Positions 1 through 9,384 of a stretch of DNA of 64,000 nt are shown in pieces. Location: the IMG/VR virus record IMGVR_UViG_3300006204_000001; one strand, given 5' to 3'. Numbering within the stretch: the first letter of the stretch is position 1; every line of letters begins with the position of its first letter. Made by a program: the position numbers and the translations under genes. The notes beneath the pieces were generated by a model that did no database searches, had not been told where the DNA came from, and worked only from the letters and a program-made list of their open reading frames with translations. Source of the DNA: a virus. Its lineage: Duplodnaviria; Heunggongvirae; Uroviricota; Caudoviricetes.

Positions 1-180
1 CCACATAGTAAATGTAATTTTAGTAGTTTTTATTCTTTTTATTTTTCTAGCTTCTCTAGCTATAAGTTTATTAAACGATTCATTATTAGCTTTTTTACCT
101 AATATATATGCAATACGTTCTAATTGAGTATTAGGTATATCACCATATTCTTTCTGATATAATAAATCTTCTTTATTCAT
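1..180 (-). CDS. 5' part of a gene running off the window (MNKEDLLYQKEYGDIPNTQLERIAY...); possibly the N-terminally extended RusA-like resolvase of AR9-like phages
   Basis: ATG at 180 with GGAGG RBS, open to window edge; product guess rests on N-terminal resemblance only. Confidence 0.35.
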   Translation of the reverse strand, partial: MNKEDLLYQKEYGDIPNTQLERIAYILGKKANNESFNKLIAREARKIKRIKTTKITFTMW

Positions 181-274
181 TATTTACCCTCCATAATCAA
201 TATTAAACTAAATGTATTTTTACTAATATTATTAATGGTATAAATAACCAAATATTAGAAAGGATGTTTTAGAA

Positions 275-2179
275 ATGAGTTTTTTAGAGTATTCAAACAA
301 GACACAAAGTAATATTATTCCTAAAGATGAATTCATGGAATTAGTACATGAAGTATTTAATGTAATTGCAACAAATGTTTGTAAATCATTAGGACCTTTA
401 GGATCATCAGCTATCATTCTTGAAGGAGGCCTTACTGAAGCTACAAAGGATGGTTATGAAATTTTCAGTAATTATCGTTTCAGAAATAAGTATAAAAGAA
501 TGATATATAATTTAATGAAAGCACCTTGTACAAGAATGAATAACACTGTAGGTGACGGCACAACTACTGTTATCGCATTGGCAGATGCATTATATGATTC
601 TTATGAGATGTATCGTAATGAGATCGAAGTATTATATAGATTACCAAGAGAATTTAATAGTGCTTTAGATAATATTATTCATAAGATTTGTGATGGTATC
701 AAAGAATTAGCAACTCCAATAGATCCAAAAGATTTTGATACTATTTATAACATTGCATATGTTACAAGTAATGGTAGCGACGAAATCAGTAAGAATATAG
801 CTGAAACATATCAGAATGTTGAGACACCGTCTATAAAACTTAAAGATTCACCTACAAACAAAAGTTATATTAGTCCTATTAATGGATTTGAATTTCCTGC
901 TAATCTTATTAGTGAAGCATATGTTCGTAATCAAGATGGTTCTACAGAAGAAAAAAATGTGTATGTAATGGTATTTGATCATAAGATTGAATCTGATTTC
1001 TTCCAATCAGTATTAGTACCCATTAATCAAGTTATGAGAGCTATGAAGAAAAAAATTATTATATTAGCACCATTCTATGATGAATTAATGACTCAAACTG
1101 TATTAGATCAATATATCAATATTGAGTATCGTACATATTCATCATTAAATATGATTATGGCTAAATATGATCTTAATAAGATTGAACCACAACAGATGAC
1201 AGATCTTGCTGTAATATTAAAAGCTAAACCTATTACACAAGATACAGCTAATTTATTAAAAAATGAAATTGCAGAAAATGTAGATAAGGCTATTGATAAT
1301 ATTTTATCTAATGATCAATCATCTATATGGAGAACTATAGGTATGGCAGATTCGGTTCTTCTTACATGTGGTAAAGGATCAATATTCCAGGTTAATGAAG
1401 ATATTAATAATGATAGATATTATCAGGAATTATTACAGAAAGTAGAACGTGAACTTGAAGATATTAAATCTATAACAGAAAAAGATATGCAATCTTATTC
1501 TCATAAGATTTATGAAAAAAAAGCACGTATTATGAGATTAAAGATGCAAAACTTTATCTATTATATTGGTGCTGACAGTGCATTACAGAAAAAGATTCTA
1601 TGGGATTCTATAGATGATGTTGTAAAATGCACTCGAAGCGCAATTAGATATGGAATTGTTCCTGGATGTCAATTATCTATTGTAAAAATGTGCAATAAAT
1701 TATTAGCTGAATATATTCCTACTGATCTTGATGAAAGTGAAGAGAGTGTAAAAATCTTTGAAGATACAATGAAAAATCTTTCTAATACTGAAAAACTTGA
1801 AGTAAGAATTATTATGATTATTATGTCAGCTATAGGAACTGTATATGGAAGAATTCTTCACGGACCTGATGGGATGGGTATGGTTAAACTTATTGATGGA
1901 TGGGAATACACAAAATCAGAAGAAGAACTTAATGAATTACATAAGAATGCTGAAAACAAAGCAAATGATATTATTGCTGATTCTGTAAATGAATATAAAG
2001 CATATGATATTTCTAAACTTGAATTGAGTGATGATATTATTACATCAGCAGAAACCGATATTATGGCTCTTACGGCAGCATCAGAATTGTTGAAAATTCT
2101 TATTTCAGGTAATCAATGTATTGTACTTGATCCTGAAACAGATGCTGCAGAAGATAGAGAAATGGAAGTATATGTATAA
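275..2179 (+). CDS. groEL: Phage GroEL-like chaperonin
   Basis: SLGPLG, TKDG, VGDGTTT nucleotide-binding motifs, GIVPG; 634 aa; no GGM tail. Confidence 0.9.
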   Translation: MSFLEYSNKTQSNIIPKDEFMELVHEVFNVIATNVCKSLGPLGSSAIILEGGLTEATKDGYEIFSNYRFRNKYKRMIYNLMKAPCTRMNNTVGDGTTTVIALADALYDSYEMYRNEIEVLYRLPREFNSALDNIIHKICDGIKELATPIDPKDFDTIYNIAYVTSNGSDEISKNIAETYQNVETPSIKLKDSPTNKSYISPINGFEFPANLISEAYVRNQDGSTEEKNVYVMVFDHKIESDFFQSVLVPINQVMRAMKKKIIILAPFYDELMTQTVLDQYINIEYRTYSSLNMIMAKYDLNKIEPQQMTDLAVILKAKPITQDTANLLKNEIAENVDKAIDNILSNDQSSIWRTIGMADSVLLTCGKGSIFQVNEDINNDRYYQELLQKVERELEDIKSITEKDMQSYSHKIYEKKARIMRLKMQNFIYYIGADSALQKKILWDSIDDVVKCTRSAIRYGIVPGCQLSIVKMCNKLLAEYIPTDLDESEESVKIFEDTMKNLSNTEKLEVRIIMIIMSAIGTVYGRILHGPDGMGMVKLIDGWEYTKSEEELNELHKNAENKANDIIADSVNEYKAYDISKLELSDDIITSAETDIMALTAASELLKILISGNQCIVLDPETDAAEDREMEVYV

Positions 2180-2188
2180 AGTATAATA

Positions 2189-2217
2189 AAAGAAGAGGGA
2201 TTAAATCCCTCTTCTTT
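2189..2217. terminator. Bidirectional intrinsic terminator
   Basis: aaagaagagggatt/aatccctcttcttt hairpin between convergent genes. Confidence 0.8.
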
Positions 2218-2232
2218 ATCTTTGTATTCATA

Positions 2233-2862
2233 CTATGTTGTAGCTGCTAACTCTGCTTTGATCTCATTGAACATAGTTGTTACTTCATCTTCTGTAATAG
2301 TAACAATATCTTCAATTCTTACATAATCAGCAAGTTTAGTTGTAAGATCAGCAATGGTTTCATAAAGTGAAGGATCAAACTCATCTTTAGACCAATACTC
2401 ATCCATATTAAGTCCAAGATCATCAAGATTAGTAGCTCCTAACTTAATAAATCCAGTTTCACCTTCCTTAGTATTATTGATCCATAACTCTCTAAGATTT
2501 GGTTTCTCAGGATCATTCTTGAATACAAATAAACAATGATCTGTAATTTCATCAAGGCTGAGATTATTTTCATATAATGTAAGAAAATCATCTTTAGTAT
2601 CATTTGTATCCAAGAACATAATTCTTTTTCCAACAATATCAAGAATTCTTTCATTTACAGCCTTTAATGTTGTTACCTTAGTTTCATTTGTAGCAACATC
2701 TTCTGGCCACTCACTTGTAGTCTCAAGAGTTACTGCTTTAACTTCAGTAAGCAATAACCTTAACATTGCCTCCAATGTAGTTTTATCTACAAGATTTAAT
2801 GTAGGTGGTGTTACTATGGTTGTATCACCTGATGGTACACTACTTGTTGTAATATCACTCAT
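2233..2862 (-). CDS. Hypothetical acidic protein, probably virion-associated
   Basis: 209 aa ORF, AAGGAGG RBS, co-oriented with structural genes. Confidence 0.55.
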   Translation of the reverse strand: MSDITTSSVPSGDTTIVTPPTLNLVDKTTLEAMLRLLLTEVKAVTLETTSEWPEDVATNETKVTTLKAVNERILDIVGKRIMFLDTNDTKDDFLTLYENNLSLDEITDHCLFVFKNDPEKPNLRELWINNTKEGETGFIKLGATNLDDLGLNMDEYWSKDEFDPSLYETIADLTTKLADYVRIEDIVTITEDEVTTMFNEIKAELAATT

Positions 2863-2884
2863 TTTATTTATCCTCCTTTTTCTT

Positions 2885-4396
2885 TTATAAATTATTTTTA
2901 ATATTTTGAATCATTTGTTCAATATCATCTTCAGTTATTGGTTCAATCTTTATAGGATTACAGTTTTCATCTCCACATCCACAGTTGATTATTACATCAC
3001 CTGTATCAATATTCTTGATGTCATCTCTAATTTTATCTATTTCAGATTCAATTCCAGTAATCTTAGAATCAATTTCACTATGATCACAATCTGGATTTCT
3101 ATCTTCAAGTTCATCTAACTTAGCCTGTAAATCAGTTATTTGTTGTTTAATTGCTTCTGTATCACAATTACAATTATGATTTGGAATAGCTGGTATTAAA
3201 GGTATAGATGGTATTGAAGTATTATCATCTTTATCAGGATTCTTATCTTCTAATTGCTTCTTAAGATCTTTGATAACACCAGTAAGTTCATAAACAAAAC
3301 CAGTTAATTTATCAACCATCTTTCTTAATCTGATAATCTCCATGTCTTTATCTTCATTTGGATGATGATTACATCCATGATGATTATGGAAACAATCATG
3401 ATTAAATACTTGAGCATTAAGAGCTTGAGCTATACTTTGTGTATTATGAACTACAGTGATATCATTTTTCCATACAGAGAATTTGAAAATAATTCTATGA
3501 CCAGGATTAATAACAAAACTACGATTCACATTGATTGTACCACAAGGAATAAGTATAGACTTAGTATTTGGATTAAAGATTTCTTGATTATGTAAAATAA
3601 AATCTTTTCCATCATGATCTACATGGTAAAATCTATTAAAGTTTTTCCATGAAGGTGGTATAATACATCTGTCAGAATTATCACATCCAAAACTATGTTG
3701 ACTTTGTAATTGTTCATGAAATTGATAATATGATGATCCTGATCCAGGAATACCTTCAGGTTGATAATCAAGATAGTTTAATGTAGGTTTAGTATAAGTA
3801 ATATTACTATCAGGACCTGATTTCAAGCAATCATATAACATCTGAATAGATGTAACTCTAAGAACCATCTTACGATTACCACTAGTAAATTCACTCATAG
3901 TACTTACCAATGTATCATTATAATGAGCAATAATGGCATTATCATTAATATCTCTTGGATTAACATCTAAATAGAATGTTTTTGAATTCAATCTAAGATC
4001 TTCTGACGTTGTACGTATTACTTGTCCATTACTTTGATCTTCAACCTGATAATTTACCCTCATAATAATACCAGGACGAATAACACTGAGTTGATGATTA
4101 AATTGTTCAGCTATATTAGAAATCATTCCAATAAGACGTTTCAATTTAGATTTATTACCCACAATAGCAGGTAATCCATCACTACCTCTCTTTCCAATGT
4201 CATCAATACTAATGTCAATAATAGCTCTCATTGACTCACTCTGATCAATAAATATCCCACTCTTTATAAATGTTCTATCAACTGGTTGTAAATTTCTATT
4301 GTCAAAATATTCAGCATATAAATATGGAATACCATTTAGATCCAAAAATGTATTTGTATGTAAATCCAAATTACATTCATGCTTCTGATTAGACAT
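2885..4396 (-). CDS. Hypothetical protein with His/Cys-rich segments and C-terminal coiled coil, probably virion-associated
   Basis: 503 aa ORF, AAAGGAG RBS, AACA-N6-TA motif upstream. Confidence 0.55.
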   Translation of the reverse strand: MSNQKHECNLDLHTNTFLDLNGIPYLYAEYFDNRNLQPVDRTFIKSGIFIDQSESMRAIIDISIDDIGKRGSDGLPAIVGNKSKLKRLIGMISNIAEQFNHQLSVIRPGIIMRVNYQVEDQSNGQVIRTTSEDLRLNSKTFYLDVNPRDINDNAIIAHYNDTLVSTMSEFTSGNRKMVLRVTSIQMLYDCLKSGPDSNITYTKPTLNYLDYQPEGIPGSGSSYYQFHEQLQSQHSFGCDNSDRCIIPPSWKNFNRFYHVDHDGKDFILHNQEIFNPNTKSILIPCGTINVNRSFVINPGHRIIFKFSVWKNDITVVHNTQSIAQALNAQVFNHDCFHNHHGCNHHPNEDKDMEIIRLRKMVDKLTGFVYELTGVIKDLKKQLEDKNPDKDDNTSIPSIPLIPAIPNHNCNCDTEAIKQQITDLQAKLDELEDRNPDCDHSEIDSKITGIESEIDKIRDDIKNIDTGDVIINCGCGDENCNPIKIEPITEDDIEQMIQNIKNNL

Positions 4397-4438
4397 TTTA
4401 TATTCTCCTTTCTATTAATATTGATCTTTTTAAGATCT

Positions 4439-4450
4439 TACAAATTTGTT
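4439..4450 (-). promoter_or_regulatory. Putative late promoter AACA-N6-TA
   Basis: AACAAATTTGTA upstream of 2885..4396; matches AR9 late-promoter consensus. Confidence 0.45.
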
Positions 4451-4451
4451 T

Positions 4452-5666
4452 CTACTTCATTTTGAGTATTTTCCGTATAATATAAATAATTATTGGAGTA
4501 AATAAATATATCTCTTTATTATCCATAGAAGATATTAACATATCTCCTATATATAGTGAAATATCTTGTATCCGTATAGATGTATGTTGATGAATATATT
4601 TCCATATTAATTTATCATATTCGTATTTAGGCATTTTATCTTCTCTTAAATATGATTGAAACCTTTCATTATCAAGATAACATCTATTATCAAAAGTCTG
4701 ATTCTTCTTATTAGTAGGAAGAGGTATCATAAAATTAACAAGATCATCCCATAAATAAAAAGATGAATCTGGATAACTGTCACTACTTACTTCTGAATAA
4801 TAAAATCTTTGTAATAATCTTTTAGGAGCATCCATCTCTATCCAATTAAATATAGAATTATTATAATAATATGGTAACTGAGGATCTCGTATCTTAGATG
4901 ATATTATAATGTTTTCAAAACTATTGGGAATATTCATTATACTAAATTTAGCCATGAATTCATTTGCACATATATCGAAATAGTCTTCATTAGTTTTAGG
5001 ATCATGATATATAAAACAATTATGTCGTTCATTATAAAATAAAGATTTGTATGATCGAATCATCAATGCAACCATTTGTTCTACTTTTTCTTTATATATG
5101 TAATCATCTTTTTTAATTACAGGATTAAGATCACTACCAATACTATTTAGATCCATCACATATTCATCTACAACTAGTTTCATTAAATTATTAATTGTCT
5201 CTTGTGAAGTACTATGAAGCCTATATTCAATTTTAAAATTACCATCTATCTTCATATTGTCATATGTAACAGATTTAACTTCAAAGATAGCATTCATTTT
5301 TAAATGTTCTATTATAAAAAAATCAAATTGTTTTGGTATAATAGTACCAGGTATTATTATAGCTTCTCCTTCTACTGAAAAATCTTCTATTTCTGATTCT
5401 TCGTTATTATTAGGGGTAGTTTGACCAAATCCATTAATAGGTACATTATTAATTTTATTAAATCTTAATGGTGATCTATTACCAAATAATTCTTCTATAT
5501 CACGTGTACCACGATCCACAGTAGTGGCATCCTCTCTTTGAGAAAAATATGTTGTCAACAACATACCATTTTCTGTATATCTATTTACTTGGGATTTTAA
5601 TCTTGATTCATATTTAAATATATTTTCATCAAATAAAGTTTTCTCATCAAATATCATACCATTCAT
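4452..5666 (-). CDS. Hypothetical protein, putative virion structural protein
   Basis: 404 aa ORF with AAAGGAG RBS; context only. Confidence 0.5.
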   Translation of the reverse strand: MNGMIFDEKTLFDENIFKYESRLKSQVNRYTENGMLLTTYFSQREDATTVDRGTRDIEELFGNRSPLRFNKINNVPINGFGQTTPNNNEESEIEDFSVEGEAIIIPGTIIPKQFDFFIIEHLKMNAIFEVKSVTYDNMKIDGNFKIEYRLHSTSQETINNLMKLVVDEYVMDLNSIGSDLNPVIKKDDYIYKEKVEQMVALMIRSYKSLFYNERHNCFIYHDPKTNEDYFDICANEFMAKFSIMNIPNSFENIIISSKIRDPQLPYYYNNSIFNWIEMDAPKRLLQRFYYSEVSSDSYPDSSFYLWDDLVNFMIPLPTNKKNQTFDNRCYLDNERFQSYLREDKMPKYEYDKLIWKYIHQHTSIRIQDISLYIGDMLISSMDNKEIYLFTPIIIYIIRKILKMK

Positions 5667-5717
5667 AATATAAATCTCCTTTCTATATGTAATAATGTTA
5701 TAAAACGGTAAAAAATA

Positions 5718-5739
5718 AAGGGATCCATATGGATCCCTT
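5718..5739. terminator. Palindromic hairpin/terminator
   Basis: aagggatccatatggatccctt perfect palindrome, followed by a T-rich tract on the minus strand. Confidence 0.7.
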
Positions 5740-6070
5740 ACATATTAAATGTTAATCTTTTCTGATATTGATTAATCAGATAAGTACATAAATCTATAAA
5801 TGCAGAAATTTTTTCAATATATTTATCAATATCCATTAAATGAATTGATTCAATGATAAAATTGGTATAATGATTATTTTTAGATCTTATAATGTAATAT
5901 AAACAATTATGCATTTCATCCAATGCCGATTTTAATTCCTCAACGTGATACATTGACAGATTAAATTTATATGGATCAGAAGAAAACAGAACTTGCATAA
6001 ATGTTTTTAAAAAATTTCTTTCATGATCAATTGTTGCAATAGTTTTAATTAACATTTCATCTTCTGTCAT
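5738..6070 (-). CDS. Hypothetical protein
   Basis: 110 aa ORF, AAAGGAG RBS. Confidence 0.65.
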   Translation of the reverse strand: MTEDEMLIKTIATIDHERNFLKTFMQVLFSSDPYKFNLSMYHVEELKSALDEMHNCLYYIIRSKNNHYTNFIIESIHLMDIDKYIEKISAFIDLCTYLINQYQKRLTFNM

Positions 6071-6071
6071 A

Positions 6072-6383
6072 TTACTCTCCTTTAATTAAAGCTAAAATAT
6101 TATTTACATAATTATTCATATCATCATTTTCTTTTAATAATGCCACAAATAACATTTTCAATTCTGTATCACCCTGCTGAAAAACTAAATCTTTTGTATT
6201 TTCTATTATAAAATCTTTATCTTCATTTATTTTTTTAACTTTTTCCTCAACTTTATTTATAGCCAGTTTGCTTCTTGTCATTATTGCAACATATAAAAGT
6301 TTCTTAATTTCTTCAAAATCATTATATGATTCCTGTATTGTATCAATCATTTTATTTAATTCTTCATTTGTTGGTATATGCAT
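6072..6383 (-). CDS. Hypothetical helical protein
   Basis: 103 aa ORF, GGAGG RBS. Confidence 0.65.
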   Translation of the reverse strand: MHIPTNEELNKMIDTIQESYNDFEEIKKLLYVAIMTRSKLAINKVEEKVKKINEDKDFIIENTKDLVFQQGDTELKMLFVALLKENDDMNNYVNNILALIKGE

Positions 6384-6424
6384 AATATTTACCTCCTATA
6401 AATTGAAACTTATGAAGAGAGAAT

Positions 6425-8134
6425 TTAAATTCTCTCTTCATATTGTTTATTGTACATTTTAGCATATGATCTGTTTAAATTCATAAGCTGTTCATGTGTT
6501 CCACTTTCTATAATTTTTCCTTTACCGAATACATAGATTGTATCACAATTTTCTATTGTAGATAATCTATGCGCTATGGAAATTATAGTCTTTTCATCTC
6601 CCATATTTTCTATAGCTTTCTGAATATGAAACTCTGATTCCGTATCTAATGCACTTGTAGCTTCATCTAGTAATATTATATCAGGATTTCTTAATATAAC
6701 TCTTGCTAAAGCTATTCTTTGTTTTTGTCCACCTGATAATTTTAAACCTCGTGGACCTACTTCTGTGTCGAATTTATCAGTTAATTCCATAATGAAATTA
6801 TAAATATTTGCTTTCTTACATGCATCTATAATATCATTATCTGTATAACCTTTAGATCCATAAGTTATATTTTTTCTAATTGATCCTGGAAATATAAAAT
6901 TATCTTGATGAACACAACCTATTCTTTTCCTTAACGATTCATCAGTTATATTTTTCATGTCAATTCCATCTATCAATATTGAACCACATTCCGGATCATA
7001 GAAATGATTCAATAATTTAAATAGTGAAGATTTTCCTCCACCAGATATTCCACAGATACCTATCTTTTGACCTTTATTTATAGTAATATTGATATCATTT
7101 AATATGTTATCGCTATCACCATATTTAAATGATACATTAGATATCTTTATAGAATCATTAAATGAACTTAATTCTATATCACCTTCTGTTTTAGTGATAT
7201 TTTGGTAATTCATAAAATTATCATAGACATCTAACATAGATAGATTTTCTGATGCTGTATTCATAAAATCAACTATAGCTGATAATGGATGTATGATTGA
7301 TCCTATTAACGATATAATTACCATTCCTTCTGTAGGTGTCATTTCTCCTTTAACAATAAATGATACTACATAAAGAACACCTAATATCGTAGCTCCATTA
7401 TCTATTAACTGAAATATTCCAGATATAGAAGCATCTACTACAGTTCTTTTCATAAATAATCCATAGGTATTATTATTTAACTCATGAAATTTCATTTGAT
7501 GTATTTTTTGCATTCCGAATGATTTAACTTCTATGAATCCATTAATGATATCATCAAGCTCCTGATTCCTTTTCTTCTTGAATTTATCTGCTTGAGTATC
7601 AATTTCATCAAATTTCTTAAAAGCATATTTCATTAATACTCCACCTATTAGATATATTACTAATATTGGTAACATTATTTCTTTCTTAACTTTATATATT
7701 GCTACTATATAAGTTACTATAGAAACTAATGAAACTATTAATTCGGATATTCTTTTACCTACACGAACTATTCTCCAGCCATATTCACTTAATGTATCAA
7801 TACCAGATGCACTCTCTTTTGTATATAGATTATAATCTACTGATAATACTTTATCTGTAAATTTATCCATAATCTTAGTAAATGATCCATTAAATGCTTT
7901 ACTGATAATGCATTGAGCTATAATTGAAATAATAATCATAGCCAGCAAAATTACTAATAATGGTGGAATACGATTTTGTATATCATCGATATTATCTAAC
8001 AATTCACCTATCATTAGTGTTACCTGTGCTCCCATAACATTAACAAGAGCAGTTAATACAGAGCCCAATAACATACTGAAAAGATATTCTTTCATACCCA
8101 TCCAATATTTTAAGACAATTTTTAGTTTACTCAT
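6425..8134 (-). CDS. ABC exporter, fused transmembrane + ATPase half-transporter (MsbA/Atm1-type architecture)
   Basis: N-terminal hydrophobic helices; Walker A GISGGGKS, signature LSGGQKQR, Walker B ILLDEATSALD, IAHRL switch. Confidence 0.95.
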   Translation of the reverse strand: MSKLKIVLKYWMGMKEYLFSMLLGSVLTALVNVMGAQVTLMIGELLDNIDDIQNRIPPLLVILLAMIIISIIAQCIISKAFNGSFTKIMDKFTDKVLSVDYNLYTKESASGIDTLSEYGWRIVRVGKRISELIVSLVSIVTYIVAIYKVKKEIMLPILVIYLIGGVLMKYAFKKFDEIDTQADKFKKKRNQELDDIINGFIEVKSFGMQKIHQMKFHELNNNTYGLFMKRTVVDASISGIFQLIDNGATILGVLYVVSFIVKGEMTPTEGMVIISLIGSIIHPLSAIVDFMNTASENLSMLDVYDNFMNYQNITKTEGDIELSSFNDSIKISNVSFKYGDSDNILNDINITINKGQKIGICGISGGGKSSLFKLLNHFYDPECGSILIDGIDMKNITDESLRKRIGCVHQDNFIFPGSIRKNITYGSKGYTDNDIIDACKKANIYNFIMELTDKFDTEVGPRGLKLSGGQKQRIALARVILRNPDIILLDEATSALDTESEFHIQKAIENMGDEKTIISIAHRLSTIENCDTIYVFGKGKIIESGTHEQLMNLNRSYAKMYNKQYEERI

Positions 8135-8164
8135 AATTTTTCCTCCTTATGTAACTATTTTTTC

Positions 8165-8190
8165 ATGTCTTATAATTAGAATATATCATA
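8165..8190 (-). promoter_or_regulatory. Putative early promoter (TATATTCTA core)
   Basis: tatgatatattctaattataagacat; 25/26 identical to 14995..15020. Confidence 0.65.
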
Positions 8191-8223
8191 TAATAAACTA
8201 GTTATACAATAAAAGAAGAATAT

Positions 8224-8249
8224 AAGGATGGGGAAATTTCCCCATCCTT
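8224..8249. terminator. Terminator after tail tube gene
   Basis: aaggatggggaaatttccccatcctt perfect palindrome. Confidence 0.75.
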
Positions 8250-8284
8250 TATTCATTTATAGAGATACCTTTACAAAAATAAAG

Positions 8285-9370
8285 TTATTCGCCAAATCCA
8301 TCCCAAGATGGTTTACTACTATAGTCGCCACCTTGACCAGAAAGTTTAGCCTTGTTAATATCCTGCATATCAACAATCTTCTTTGTAGGAGTGTTAGTAG
8401 GATTAAATGAAGGCATATTACCGATATTAGTTCCAGTAGCACTATCTGTAGGAACAGGTCCAAGTGCTCTATTGAATTTACTAACATCATTATCAGCATA
8501 TACAGCATCACCAAGTTCAGGATTAAAGTTAAGTGAGTTAGATACAATACGATACTGTTTTAACAGATCATTTGCAATAGCTGTAATAATAGGTCCTCTA
8601 TATACTACACAATTGAAAGTAATATCATATGTAATGTTATCAGGGGCTTGACCCTGTTCCATATTAAGAATATTACCTTCCTGAATACCCTTAGGATAAC
8701 AATCTGCAAGCATAACAGCTTTCTGAACTTGAGCACCAGATCTATCATGCAGAACATAGATAAATTCACATGTATGATTAGCTTCATTAAATGCAATACC
8801 ATCTGCAATATCAGGATCTGTGGATCTTCTATAAAGTCTTTCTTCAAGACCATCTGCATTGGTACCACCACTGATCCATCCACCATATGTTGCAAGACCA
8901 GAGTTTTCATCACCGATTGCATTCATCCATCCATCAATGACTGTATCAACAGGTAAACCATTTAATTCATATAAACCAAATGTTACTTCTGTAGTATTTA
9001 TTTTAGTGATAGTAGGTGTATTAAATTGTCTCTGTGCAAAACCACCTTGAATAGGAGTAGATGCATTCTCTAATGTTTTATCACCAAATCCTGTTACAGA
9101 TCTATTCATATACTCAAGCATATGTTTAAACTGTATAAACAATGAATTAGGATTATAAAGATTACCATCTGATCCACCAAACATTTTGAGCAATACTCTT
9201 GGTGGTCTAACCATAAATACACGTCCTAATTTATTCATTGCTGGTGAATAATTCATCAAAGCATGATGAGTTGCATTTGTACCACCTACGAATTGTGAAT
9301 AGTTACAAAAATTAGGTGCATTAAATTGTACTGCACCAGTTTGAGCAGTAATAACTCCAGGTATAGCCAT
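8285..9370 (-). CDS. Putative tail tube protein
   Basis: Directly downstream of the sheath gene; tube-like pattern (VTFGLYE...DGWMNAI...LADCYPKGI...YDITFN); ATG at 9370 after GGAGG. Confidence 0.65.
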   Translation of the reverse strand: MAIPGVITAQTGAVQFNAPNFCNYSQFVGGTNATHHALMNYSPAMNKLGRVFMVRPPRVLLKMFGGSDGNLYNPNSLFIQFKHMLEYMNRSVTGFGDKTLENASTPIQGGFAQRQFNTPTITKINTTEVTFGLYELNGLPVDTVIDGWMNAIGDENSGLATYGGWISGGTNADGLEERLYRRSTDPDIADGIAFNEANHTCEFIYVLHDRSGAQVQKAVMLADCYPKGIQEGNILNMEQGQAPDNITYDITFNCVVYRGPIITAIANDLLKQYRIVSNSLNFNPELGDAVYADNDVSKFNRALGPVPTDSATGTNIGNMPSFNPTNTPTKKIVDMQDINKAKLSGQGGDYSSKPSWDGFGE

Positions 9371-9384
9371 ATTATTCACCTCCC

